DNA from: Promethearchaeota archaeon
Lineage (GTDB): Archaea; Asgardarchaeota; Lokiarchaeia; Sigyniarchaeales; SOKP01
NCBI GenBank assembly: GCA_016839705.1
Contig: JAEOTR010000079.1
Span: 1-64,000, forward strand
Length of the DNA stretch: 64,000 nucleotides
Direction: 5' to 3'
Numbering within the stretch: position 1 is the stretch's first letter; the number at the start of each line of letters is the position of its first letter. This document shows positions 1-9,935 of this stretch, piece by piece. Under the pieces are notes generated by a model. It saw only the letters and a program-made list of their open reading frames with translations. It searched no databases and was not told where the DNA came from. The translations under genes were made by a program, and so were the position numbers.

Positions 1-1313
1 GAATCGCTCTTATTTCTCATTTGCGCGTATGTATCATCCCATTTTTTCCAAATTTTTGTGATTATGTCTTTCCTTTCTTCTTCGTTTACAGCCTTGTCTA
101 TTTCTATCTGTATGTCTACAACTTGTGGAAAATCAAAACGTTGGTAGGCATAACCATTTACTGTTACAAACATAGGACCACCCCCTACGAAGAAACTTTT
201 CCGCTTCTGTCCTTTTGCAGGAGATTCCAGACCTTCAGTTAGATACAGCTCATCAAATAACGGACTACAAGGATCAGGGATATTCTCTACGATCTGACGT
301 CGAGCGAGAATCCGTGCCGGCGGAGTTGGTTCCCAAGTAACTTCTATGGGCTGTGGGGGAAGATTAGTGATAGGACGGGATTGTAACATCCAGAGTTTAC
401 CATCAGATATGCCCCATTCGATATCTTGAGGAGCACCTTCGAAAATTTGTTCTACATTAAGTGCAACTGATGTCAGCTCCTTGAGTAATTTTTCAGACAA
501 GGACGACTGGTTGCGTTCATGTTCAGAGACATCTTGTAATACTGTTCCTTGTTTGTCACTGGAAATAATCTTCTGTGCCTTTGGACCGATCATAGTCTCT
601 TTCACGGTAAGAGTTCTCCGATCTACCACATAACTATCCGGTGTTACTTGTCCACCAACTACTGCCTCACCTAGACCAAAGCTTGAATTGATGATGATTT
701 CTGATCTGTCTCCATTTACAGGATTAGCAGTAAATAATATCCCCGATACATCTGAGGGTACCATAATTTGGACAACTACAGCCATAGCTACTATTTCTTG
801 CTTAATCCCCATTTGGTGTCGGTAGCTGATCGCCCGTGGTGTCCAGAGAGATGCCCAACAATCGCGGATTGCTTTTATCAGTTCTTCATTACCATGAACA
901 TTCAGATAAGTATCTTGTTGTCCAGCAAAAGATAAATCTGGTAGATCCTCAGCATTAGCCGAAGAACGTACAGCCACAGCTGGATTCTCTCCACTTAATC
1001 TATCGTAAGCCTGCCGGATTTCATTAGTAATTTCATCAGGCAGTTCCACTCCTTTTATCAGCTTTTGAATATGCTTCGATGCTGATTCAAATGATAGTGT
1101 CTTACCTATAATTTCCGGTTTTGCTAGATTGATGATATCTTTCTGTAAATTATTCTTTTCAACAAAATCCTTGTATGCAGATGTCGTTAAGTAAAAGCCT
1201 GTAGGCACTGACATTCCTGCTGATGCCATCTTTGCTAAAGACTTTCCTTTACCACCGATCAATTCCAAAGAGACTGTTTTCGTATCAATTGGTAAAATAT
1301 ATTTAAAATTCAT
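1..1313 (-). CDS. PEP/pyruvate-binding (PEP synthase / rifampin phosphotransferase-like) protein, runs off the window edge
   Basis: Not in ORF track. ATG at 1313 gives MNFKYILPIDTKTVSLELIGGKGKSLAKMASAGMSVPTGF...; contains AVRSSANAEDLPDLSFAGQQDTYLNV and GLGEAVVGGQVTPD motifs of the PPDK_N ATP-grasp domain. Confidence 0.85.
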   Translation of the reverse strand, partial: MNFKYILPIDTKTVSLELIGGKGKSLAKMASAGMSVPTGFYLTTSAYKDFVEKNNLQKDIINLAKPEIIGKTLSFESASKHIQKLIKGVELPDEITNEIRQAYDRLSGENPAVAVRSSANAEDLPDLSFAGQQDTYLNVHGNEELIKAIRDCWASLWTPRAISYRHQMGIKQEIVAMAVVVQIMVPSDVSGILFTANPVNGDRSEIIINSSFGLGEAVVGGQVTPDSYVVDRRTLTVKETMIGPKAQKIISSDKQGTVLQDVSEHERNQSSLSEKLLKELTSVALNVEQIFEGAPQDIEWGISDGKLWMLQSRPITNLPPQPIEVTWEPTPPARILARRQIVENIPDPCSPLFDELYLTEGLESPAKGQKRKSFFVGGGPMFVTVNGYAYQRFDFPQVVDIQIEIDKAVNEEERKDIITKIWKKWDDTYAQMRNKSD

Positions 1314-1484
1314 TTAAATTTCCTATTCAAATTATAAGTAGGAAAGTATTATACTAAATTTTAATTTTTTGGATTGGTTGATGGCTACCTCTCTAAAAAA
1401 TCATTTAAGCAAATTTAAAATACTTAATGAATTTTGCAGTACTATCGTATTTAAGATAAAATTTAATTTTAGAAGAGAGTTAAT

Positions 1485-2084
1485 ATGAACGATCTTGAAA
1501 AGTGGGAATTCGGTTCTTTAGAGTGGTGCAAGTTTGCTGCTGAAACAGGTGTAAAACTCCTTAACCAAGCAAATTTAGATCTCGATAAATATGAATGGGG
1601 TTTCAGCGAAGAATATACACACATACCAAAACGACTTTTAGCTGGACGTGAAAAAGTAGGCTTTCATTTTATGATCCACAATGGAAAGGTCAGCGGAGGA
1701 GCATCATTACCGATCGAATGCCTAGAACTTCCTGGATTTCATGCTCGTGTCGAGTGGGCAAAAATAGCACATGCCTCATCCTTTATTTATGATCTAAAGG
1801 GTCAAGCAAAACGAGGGAATGATGAAAAAATTCTGGAGAATGACTTGATGATGGTTGGAAAAGGGAGTAAAACAAATACGTTTAGAAGTAAACCAATATG
1901 GCCACCAGGTATTGGAGAGGCACTCGTTGGCATTGATGGTGAGGGACTTCATAATATTACCGCTAGACGCCTTATACATTCACCCGAGGTTAAGGGTTTT
2001 CCTCAAACAGAATTTGGTGTACCCATTCTTACCAAGATGACAGATGAAGAAAAAGAGCGATTCTATAAATTGTTGGGACGATAA
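1485..2084 (+). CDS. hypothetical protein (199 aa)
   Basis: Long ORF with protein-like composition; no motif recognised. Confidence 0.6.
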   Translation: MNDLEKWEFGSLEWCKFAAETGVKLLNQANLDLDKYEWGFSEEYTHIPKRLLAGREKVGFHFMIHNGKVSGGASLPIECLELPGFHARVEWAKIAHASSFIYDLKGQAKRGNDEKILENDLMMVGKGSKTNTFRSKPIWPPGIGEALVGIDGEGLHNITARRLIHSPEVKGFPQTEFGVPILTKMTDEEKERFYKLLGR

Positions 2085-2089
2085 TTGAG

Positions 2090-2800
2090 TTATTTTAACC
2101 AATGTGGAATTGGCACTTTTTTTAACTCTCCATATTCTAATAATAAAAAGTGATCATCTTGTATCGTGAATGCAAATCCGCCCAAGAAATCCACCCATTT
2201 TCGAGTTAGTGGAAGTGCAAACCACCCAAATCTAAGAACCATTATATTAAAATCATGAGTAACAAATATATCTAATCCTTTATCAGGAGAGTTTTTTGCT
2301 TGGTTTAAAATAACATGAGCCATTGATTGACAATATTGGTTGAATGGTATCCAATCTTTAGGATTATAGAAGCCTACTACCCATCGATAAAAAGCTTTAA
2401 GAATAGGCGTGTTATTAAATAGTTCAAAATAAAACTTTTTATCAGAAATTCCAATATATGCAAGGGCTTCAAGTACTCCTAATACATCGCTTGTTCCCCC
2501 AACTTTTTTAAAACCTTCATTGATATCATTAGCAGTTTCTTCGCATCTCCATATAATGCTATGATATAATTTGATAGATCTATTTATGGGTAAACTTTCA
2601 CCAAATTTTTTAGCAATTGCATGACCTTGGGGTGTTAATCTTGTTTTTTGAGCACCTTCCAATGCTGTTTGAGGATTTCGATGAGAATGTCTTAAAACTA
2701 AGATTATTTTTGAATTATCAGGAAACTCTTTAAGCCCATCAATTATTTGACGTGCTTCAGTTGCCCAATCACCTTCTTTCCAAATTTTTTCAGTATCCAT
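2090..2800 (-). CDS. histidine phosphatase family protein
   Basis: LVLRHSHR motif, RCEETA, C-terminal FVTHD. Confidence 0.85.
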   Translation of the reverse strand: MDTEKIWKEGDWATEARQIIDGLKEFPDNSKIILVLRHSHRNPQTALEGAQKTRLTPQGHAIAKKFGESLPINRSIKLYHSIIWRCEETANDINEGFKKVGGTSDVLGVLEALAYIGISDKKFYFELFNNTPILKAFYRWVVGFYNPKDWIPFNQYCQSMAHVILNQAKNSPDKGLDIFVTHDFNIMVLRFGWFALPLTRKWVDFLGGFAFTIQDDHFLLLEYGELKKVPIPHWLK

Positions 2801-2958
2801 TTTTATGAAAATAATTCTTTATTTTAGAAAATTTTCTATTTCATCATCACTCAATTAAACTGTTTAGTAAAATAAAGATTTATGGTTCCGAAAATAAGAG
2901 ATTAAATGGTTAATATTATAGAATATGTAATAATAGAGCCCAGATCAACAATTTTCCG

Positions 2959-3948
2959 TTATTCTCTTTGGATCAATCTTATCATGATATTACCGCTGTT
3001 TTCACGAGCATCAAAACAAACAAAAGCAGGGCCGTTTTTAGGTTTACCACTGAGCACTACGGGCATACCCCTATATATCATAGCTTCTGCTTCTTTCTCA
3101 AGGTCAGCTACTGTAAAGGAAATATCGGCAACACCTTCACCTCTACTCTCCATTGATTCATGATAGACTGAAGCTCCTTCAAGGGGTTGAATGAATTCAA
3201 AAGCCACTGGTCCTACTTGACCAACCCTTACTCTCGTCTTGAATTTCGATTCCTTAGATTCACTGGAAACATTGATTGGATCAAAAGAGCCGCTATTAAG
3301 TTCAGATTCAGATTGAAAATCGATAATGTCTAACTTCTCCCAGTACTCAACTGTTTTATCAAGATCCCTCACTCCAATGCCAAGTCCATGGAATTTCCAT
3401 TCTTTTAGATACGGATACGAACGATGGTGATCTATCCATGCTTTTTCATTTTTGAGTACAGGAGGTCTGAATGATATGTCCACGTTACCGTACTTGCGAG
3501 TATCAATATGATTTTCCAAAATAATATCACCTTGAATGAAATGCATCATTTCGGCACAACCTTTTTCCAACAGGTTTTCTGTCTCTTCGTTGATATTTGG
3601 AACATTGAAACAAATGTGGGTAATTCCTTCTAATGGGATACCCATATCTTCCCCAATTTCAAGTAATAGATCTCCAACCTGGCAATCTTTATCCATATAT
3701 TTATAGAAATTGTCTCGTCTTCCTCGTTTAGATTCCTTCAAAGGTTTTCCTGGTCCCAAACCTCCCCTTGTCCGCGGAACGTCTTTATTAAAGTAGGAAT
3801 CGACAGGTCCACCATCTCTATAATCCAAGCCCATTACTTGAGGTCCTACATTTATTCCCATTCTTTTATTTTGATAATATTCTATAGTTTTATTCCAATC
3901 CCTAACAACGAGACAAATATGGTGCAATTCCCAGTCTTTTTTCAACAT
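2959..3948 (-). CDS. tandem VOC/glyoxalase (methylmalonyl-CoA epimerase-like) protein
   Basis: Two repeats: HHICLVVRD...GITHICFNV and HGLGIGVRDL...FEFIQPLEG...GEGVADISFTV. Confidence 0.75.
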   Translation of the reverse strand: MLKKDWELHHICLVVRDWNKTIEYYQNKRMGINVGPQVMGLDYRDGGPVDSYFNKDVPRTRGGLGPGKPLKESKRGRRDNFYKYMDKDCQVGDLLLEIGEDMGIPLEGITHICFNVPNINEETENLLEKGCAEMMHFIQGDIILENHIDTRKYGNVDISFRPPVLKNEKAWIDHHRSYPYLKEWKFHGLGIGVRDLDKTVEYWEKLDIIDFQSESELNSGSFDPINVSSESKESKFKTRVRVGQVGPVAFEFIQPLEGASVYHESMESRGEGVADISFTVADLEKEAEAMIYRGMPVVLSGKPKNGPAFVCFDARENSGNIMIRLIQRE

Positions 3949-4344
3949 TTTATTTTACACTTTAGTTGATTGAATATTAATTGTTTTAACTTTTCTAAAT
4001 ACTCAAATGAAGAATATAAAAAAAGGTTTTATTTAAAGATCCGATGCTGATTAAATATTGATATTTTTAAACTAAAACAATAGCATTTTAATTCTAGGTA
4101 TCCCGTTATTATTATTCCCTTTACCAGATTATTTATCGTCAATAAATTGGATAATGTAATCATTTAATAAATTTGTATAGTCAAAAATATTTGCGCCAAC
4201 ACTTTTCTGTGCGACTTAATTAATCCTCGTAGATATGAATGAAATTGTAATCTATATGTTTAAAATGTTCAGTATGGGTAGAGAAAGACAATGATCTTAA
4301 TATATAAGTATAAGTAAAAACTTGTAACTTTAAAACAAATTAAA

Positions 4345-5865
4345 GTGATCAATATGAGAACTAAAGAAGAATATATGGAAGATTTAGGTAAAATGAAGAA
4401 CAACATTTACTTTAATGGTGAAAAAATCAATCGTTTAGATGAACAACAGATTAATACTATCAATACAATGGGAACGACGTTTGAGGTTATTGATAAATAC
4501 GCTGATTTAATGAAGGTAAAATCCCATTTAACTGGTGAGATTATTAGTAGATTTACACACATCCATCAAAGTACAGATGATCTTCATAAAAAGCAGGATA
4601 TGACACGTAAACTTTGTCAAATAGTTGGTGGTTGTATCCAACGTTGTATGGGTTGTGATGCATCTAATGCTTTATATAACGTTACCTATGAAGCGGATAA
4701 ATCAAATAATGGAGAAACTAATTATCATGGGAACTTTATAAAATGGTTGGAACGATTTCAGAAGGAAGATTTGGTTGCTGCCTGTGCACAAACCGATGTT
4801 AAAGGTAATCGAATAAAACGCCCCGCAGATCAAGAAGACCCTGATATGTATGTTCATGTTGTAGACAAACGAAGTGATGGAATAATAGTTCGCGGTTGTA
4901 AACTTCACATTTCAGAAGCGTCTGTATCTGATGAAATCTTGGTTGTCCCCACAAGAGGATTGAGACCAGAAGATAGTGATTATTCTGTAGCATTCGCATT
5001 ACCTGCAGATTATGAAGGGGTAAAACATGTGGTTACCATTCATAATTTGCGGGAAAGGAAACATTTTAAGCGTGGTTTTATGCCGGGGGGTACAGACTCA
5101 TATATCATTTTTGATGATGTATTTGTTCCATGGGAAAGAGTTTTTCTCTGTGGTGAACATCAACATGGTGGTGTTCTTGCCTTATTATTTGCTTTATTTC
5201 ATCGCCATAGTTATTCTGGATGTAAACCGGCTATTGGGGATTTAGTTGTTGGTACTGCTGCTTTAGCAGCAGAATATAACAATATTCATAGAGCCTCACA
5301 TGTAAGGAGTAAATTAGCTGAATTAATTATGGTTTCAGAACTTGGGTATGCTGCAGGATACACCGCTTCTGATTTAGGTAAACCAGAAGTCTATATGCCT
5401 GGCTTAGGAGTTATTCCATATGGACCAGGAAGTTATATTCCAAATTCAATTTATTGTAATGTTGGAAGATGTTTATCGGGAGAAAATGTATTTCGGGAAG
5501 CTGAAATTATAGTTGATCTTTGTGGAGGTATTCCAGCAACTTTTCCACATGAAGGAGATTTTGTTAATCCTGAAATTAAGGATTATCTAAATAAATACAT
5601 AATGAGAAATCCTAATATTTCACCTGAAAATGCAGCGCAATTCTGGCGGTACATTGGTGACGTTTGCGTTTCTGCGACGTCAGGAGTCTCTCTCTTTGGA
5701 AATTATCATGGAGGCGGATCCCCTGTAATGGAAAGTATCGCAATAACGAGTCAATATGATATCGAATCCAAGAAAGAAATAGTCAAAAGAATTGCTGGAA
5801 TTAGCGATGAATTAAATGAAGAAATGAAAAAAGAGAAAAAAGTAATTTTAGAAACAAATATATAA
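4345..5865 (+). CDS. abfD: 4-hydroxybutyryl-CoA dehydratase / HpaB family FAD-[4Fe-4S] enzyme
   Basis: GCIQRCMG, QTDVKGNR, HRHSYSGCK and HGGGSP motifs with the Fe-S ligands present. Confidence 0.8.
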   Translation: MINMRTKEEYMEDLGKMKNNIYFNGEKINRLDEQQINTINTMGTTFEVIDKYADLMKVKSHLTGEIISRFTHIHQSTDDLHKKQDMTRKLCQIVGGCIQRCMGCDASNALYNVTYEADKSNNGETNYHGNFIKWLERFQKEDLVAACAQTDVKGNRIKRPADQEDPDMYVHVVDKRSDGIIVRGCKLHISEASVSDEILVVPTRGLRPEDSDYSVAFALPADYEGVKHVVTIHNLRERKHFKRGFMPGGTDSYIIFDDVFVPWERVFLCGEHQHGGVLALLFALFHRHSYSGCKPAIGDLVVGTAALAAEYNNIHRASHVRSKLAELIMVSELGYAAGYTASDLGKPEVYMPGLGVIPYGPGSYIPNSIYCNVGRCLSGENVFREAEIIVDLCGGIPATFPHEGDFVNPEIKDYLNKYIMRNPNISPENAAQFWRYIGDVCVSATSGVSLFGNYHGGGSPVMESIAITSQYDIESKKEIVKRIAGISDELNEEMKKEKKVILETNI

Positions 5866-6155
5866 TTATTTTTTACATTATATTTATCTCGGGTAATTTA
5901 AACAGAGCAGATACAAAACACCACATCCATTTGGCAGACATTAGAAAAATTTTATGAAACAAGTCAAGTCCTTGAATTAAGAGACAATCCTCCCCTAAAA
6001 TCACTTATAACAGAGATATTTATCAGTAAAAAATTATAAATACTGTTTTTCAAACTCTATCAAAATTTCATTAAATATTTGTGAAATCCAATTTTTTTTA
6101 AAACAACTTTAATTTCAATACATAGTTGTCATTTTTAATCTGAGGAGATCATAAG

Positions 6156-7808
6156 ATTATCGAAGAGGAAGAATTCATAGATTATGCGGAGTTTTTAGAG
6201 AAGATTAGAGCATGCGAGGTAAAGATTAGGGATATCGATGATCCCGTGAAGAGAACAGAATCAATACAAGAAATTATCTCATCATCGATTAACTATTCTA
6301 ATGAAATTGCACAGTCCGGGGAATATTTTGAAGCTGGTGAGTTTTTATATGCAGCGGCAATGATTATAGAGGATCTTGATTTTTCTGAAGCGCTTAAATT
6401 ATATGAACGGATTATTGAGTTATATAAGAAGCAAATTGTTGATTATAAATTACAGGCAAAGCTTCACGAAATCGCGGAGTTATATCTCAGAATTTCCGAA
6501 ATATCCATGGAAAAATTTCAAGACATAATTTCGGAAAAAAAAAATATCTTGAGCAGTATACAATTCTTAAAGCAAGAAAGCACTCTCCTAAAGGAATTTA
6601 ATGAAACAAGGAAACTTGCCCAAAATTACCAAAATATTGCAGAGTTATATCTAAAATTATCTGATTTTAAGAATTCTATAAAGTATTACGGTAGAGTTAT
6701 CAAAATTTCGAAAATTCATTATTACTATGATATGCTTTCTTACTCCTATCAGCAAATTGGTACTTGCTATGAAGAAATAGATGATTATAGCACATCTCAA
6801 GACATAATTTTAGAAGGTGTAGAATTTTTCTCAAATTTGGCAACAGAACTCGAAGAAAATAACGAGAATTTAACCTTAGCTCAAATATATCAGATATTAA
6901 AAAACCTTTATAAGATTTTAGCTGAAGAAGAAAACTATATTAATTTTTCCAAGAAAGAAGCTGGAGCTTACTTAGATATAGCAGAAGGTCTAGAAAAAAA
7001 CACTGAAAATTATCATAAGATTGCAAGATATTATCGGGGCGCGGGATTATGTTATCAAGAAATTGAAAATAATTTGATTGAATGCGCTTCCTGTTTTCTA
7101 TTAGCTGGAAATTTTTCTGAGAAAATTGAAGATTATAGTCAGGCGGCTATGAACTTTTTCGACGGTGCGAATATATTCAAGGGATTGAATAATATGGATT
7201 TAGCTTATAAAAATTTTATAAAGGCAGGGGATGATTACTGGAAAATAGGAAGTATTAATGAATCTACTGAAAGTTACTTGAATGCGTATGATATTGCTAT
7301 TGAAGGACAATTGGAATTTGACAGATACGGTATTTTCAATCAAATTGTTAGGGGATTAAATAAAATAGCAGAAGAAGATTTAAAAAATAAGAAGTTTTTT
7401 ACCGCAGCAACTCTCATTTTGGAGAGTATAAAATTTTATGAACAACTTGATACAGCCAAAGATTTTCTTTTACGGGAGATGGTTAATAATGTGTATCGCT
7501 ATTATTACCGTGCGGCAAATCTTAAGAAGATAAGTTCATCTCACATCATATTAAGCTATGTATTAGCCTCAATTTCATTAATTTTAAATGGGAAATTAGA
7601 TAAAGCTTGGAAAGTCATCTCGGAAATTGATTCAGAAGGTATTACTGTAAGAAAATTCAAAGAAATAATAAAGATAATGATTAATCGAATATCCGAAGGA
7701 GAAGAGGTTGTATTAGATGATTTTCCTTATAATTTAAGGAGACTCATTGAAAGTTCAGGAGAAATACTGTTTCTTTTAAAGTTATTTAAAGGATTTAAGT
7801 TAAATTGA
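6156..7808 (+). CDS. alpha-SNAP-like TPR solenoid protein
   Basis: Repeated helical A..Y..A repeats (ARYYRGAGLCY, AAMNFFDGANIF, KAGDDYWKIG); frame is open upstream of GTG 6246 to ATT 6156, which follows GAGGAG. Confidence 0.65.
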   Translation: MIEEEEFIDYAEFLEKIRACEVKIRDIDDPVKRTESIQEIISSSINYSNEIAQSGEYFEAGEFLYAAAMIIEDLDFSEALKLYERIIELYKKQIVDYKLQAKLHEIAELYLRISEISMEKFQDIISEKKNILSSIQFLKQESTLLKEFNETRKLAQNYQNIAELYLKLSDFKNSIKYYGRVIKISKIHYYYDMLSYSYQQIGTCYEEIDDYSTSQDIILEGVEFFSNLATELEENNENLTLAQIYQILKNLYKILAEEENYINFSKKEAGAYLDIAEGLEKNTENYHKIARYYRGAGLCYQEIENNLIECASCFLLAGNFSEKIEDYSQAAMNFFDGANIFKGLNNMDLAYKNFIKAGDDYWKIGSINESTESYLNAYDIAIEGQLEFDRYGIFNQIVRGLNKIAEEDLKNKKFFTAATLILESIKFYEQLDTAKDFLLREMVNNVYRYYYRAANLKKISSSHIILSYVLASISLILNGKLDKAWKVISEIDSEGITVRKFKEIIKIMINRISEGEEVVLDDFPYNLRRLIESSGEILFLLKLFKGFKLN

Positions 7809-7961
7809 CTCTTCTGTAAGATCTCCTTATAAAGCATGGTTAAACATATTAATAGAAATTTATATCTTTCTTTTAATATCGAACCAAATTAGAAATTTAG
7901 ATATATATCTAATTATAAATTGGTTACACTGACAAATCAAAGTTCGATAAAGGGTTAAAAT

Positions 7962-9128
7962 ATGAAGAAAGCGACTAAACATTTAGTGTTTATAATTATC
8001 TTAGGGGTAATTCTAGGGGCGGGTATCCCTATTACCTATGTATACTTTTTTAAAACTTCTACTGCTCCTCCTGGACCTGTTCATCCTGCACATGTTCGTA
8101 TCTACGTCAATTCTACAATATACACTAGTTTATCAACAGAAATTTCTCAATATAGTCAAGATATCATCGATCAAGGATATACTGTAGAAACTGTTAACTG
8201 GTCGAATAACAACGTAACAGTTTTAAGAAATGATTTGATTAACGCAAGTATTCAAACTCAAGGTTTAGAGGGTGCTGTGTTAATTGGAGATCTTCCTTCC
8301 GCCATGATGCAATACTTCGATATTCCTTGGGGGGTTTGGAGGACTTATCCAATAGATCTCTATCTTACTGATTTGGATGGTCAATGGGTTGATATTGATC
8401 AAGCAGATGATCTATTTGATGCTCATAATAACGGAACAGGGGATATTTATCCAGAAATTTGGGTGGGGAGAATTTGTCCTGAATCATTAAATAACACCAA
8501 TCACCTTTCAGCTTATCAAAATTATTTTGCTCGTAACCATGCTTATCGTATCGGCCAACTTTCTCGGCCTCATTCACAATTAGTCTATATTGATGATGAT
8601 TGGGCAACAACGCAACAACTCGTGGATGAATGGCTAGGTGATATGACAGCCTATAATAATTTGACAAGTGTTAGTTTACCTACGACCACAACAACAGCAG
8701 CAGATTACCTGAACCGTTTGACACACTCTTATGAATTTATTCATATCTTTGTACATTCTTGGCCTTATGAACACATGTTTGGACCAGGTGGTTTTGGAGC
8801 AGAAGGAAAGGTTACTTATACTAATATCTTAAATGCAAACACTCAGGCACTATTTTATAATCTCTTTGCGTGTTCTGCAGCTAATTTTGAATATCAGAAT
8901 AACTTAGGGACTCAATATCTCTTTTCTAATAACACATTGACAGTAGTGGGATCATCAAAAATAGGAGGCATGACAATGAATAGTTATTTTTACACTCCTC
9001 TAAGCCAAGGAAAAGTCTTTGGTGAAGCAATGCGGTTATGGTACTGGAATCCATTACATGGTCCGAGTGATCCTAATTCAATGGGTATGACAATATTAGG
9101 AGATCCCCTGCTCACGATCTTAATGTAA
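7962..9128 (+). CDS. membrane-anchored/secreted C25 (gingipain-like) cysteine peptidase
   Basis: N-terminal hydrophobic helix; AVLIGDLP, DLYLTDLDG, PEIWVGRI, His (VHS) and Cys (FACS), C-terminal LGDP. Confidence 0.75.
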   Translation: MKKATKHLVFIIILGVILGAGIPITYVYFFKTSTAPPGPVHPAHVRIYVNSTIYTSLSTEISQYSQDIIDQGYTVETVNWSNNNVTVLRNDLINASIQTQGLEGAVLIGDLPSAMMQYFDIPWGVWRTYPIDLYLTDLDGQWVDIDQADDLFDAHNNGTGDIYPEIWVGRICPESLNNTNHLSAYQNYFARNHAYRIGQLSRPHSQLVYIDDDWATTQQLVDEWLGDMTAYNNLTSVSLPTTTTTAADYLNRLTHSYEFIHIFVHSWPYEHMFGPGGFGAEGKVTYTNILNANTQALFYNLFACSAANFEYQNNLGTQYLFSNNTLTVVGSSKIGGMTMNSYFYTPLSQGKVFGEAMRLWYWNPLHGPSDPNSMGMTILGDPLLTILM

Positions 9129-9212
9129 AAGATAAAATCCTAAACTTCTTTTTTTTTTAATATTTATACTTCAAGAAAAACAATATAAAATTCCCTAACT
9201 TATGGATTAAAT

Positions 9213-9887
9213 ATGCATAATTCTCAGAAGACTATTTTAAGCTTTGATTTGGATTACACCTTAATTGATAATAGGAAAGGAATTGTCAAATCTTTTAATT
9301 ATGCTATGAGGAAATTTAATCTACCTGAAGTAAGTAAATCTGTCATTGAAAAAATGATAGGTATTCCTTTAAATGATATGTTTGCAACATTCACTAAATT
9401 AGAACCTTCGAAATTATCATATGCTTTTCGAGAATATTATGGGGCTAAAGGAATATATCAGTCTAAATTGCTATCAGGTGTCAATAATAAATTAAAGGAG
9501 TTAAGAGACTATGGCTTCCAATTAGGAGTCATAACCTCAAAAAAGCGGGAACTTGCTATTAAAATAGCAGAACATTTGAAAATTGCTGAGTTTTTCGAGT
9601 ACATTCTAGGAGAATCAGATCAAATAAAAAGTAAATTGGATCAAAATCTAAAGTCAATTTTATATGAAAAATATCCAAGATCTAGTTTTATAATAATTGG
9701 AGATCATCCTAAAGATGCCCTCCTTTCCAAAAACCTGAACTGTCCGTTTATAGGTGTATTGACTGGTTCTCACACTGAAGACTCATTAAGAAAAGCTAGA
9801 GCAAATATCAAACTAACTTTAATTTTAAAAAGTGTAAAACAAATTAGTATCGGTAAGATCTTGACTCTATTAAATAAAACTAATTAA
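9213..9887 (+). CDS. HAD family phosphatase
   Basis: FDLDYTL, GVITSK, IGDHPKD. Confidence 0.85.
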   Translation: MHNSQKTILSFDLDYTLIDNRKGIVKSFNYAMRKFNLPEVSKSVIEKMIGIPLNDMFATFTKLEPSKLSYAFREYYGAKGIYQSKLLSGVNNKLKELRDYGFQLGVITSKKRELAIKIAEHLKIAEFFEYILGESDQIKSKLDQNLKSILYEKYPRSSFIIIGDHPKDALLSKNLNCPFIGVLTGSHTEDSLRKARANIKLTLILKSVKQISIGKILTLLNKTN

Positions 9888-9935
9888 AAATAACAGAATT
9901 TATTTTTCAAAAAGATAAAAGAAGAAAAAACTTAT

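Noticed and set aside
21-242. 73-aa plus-strand ORF and the many other short ORFs overlapping long genes (e.g. 10894, 23639, 38184, 54332, 55841)
   Set aside because: Antisense or alternate-frame shadows of well-supported genes
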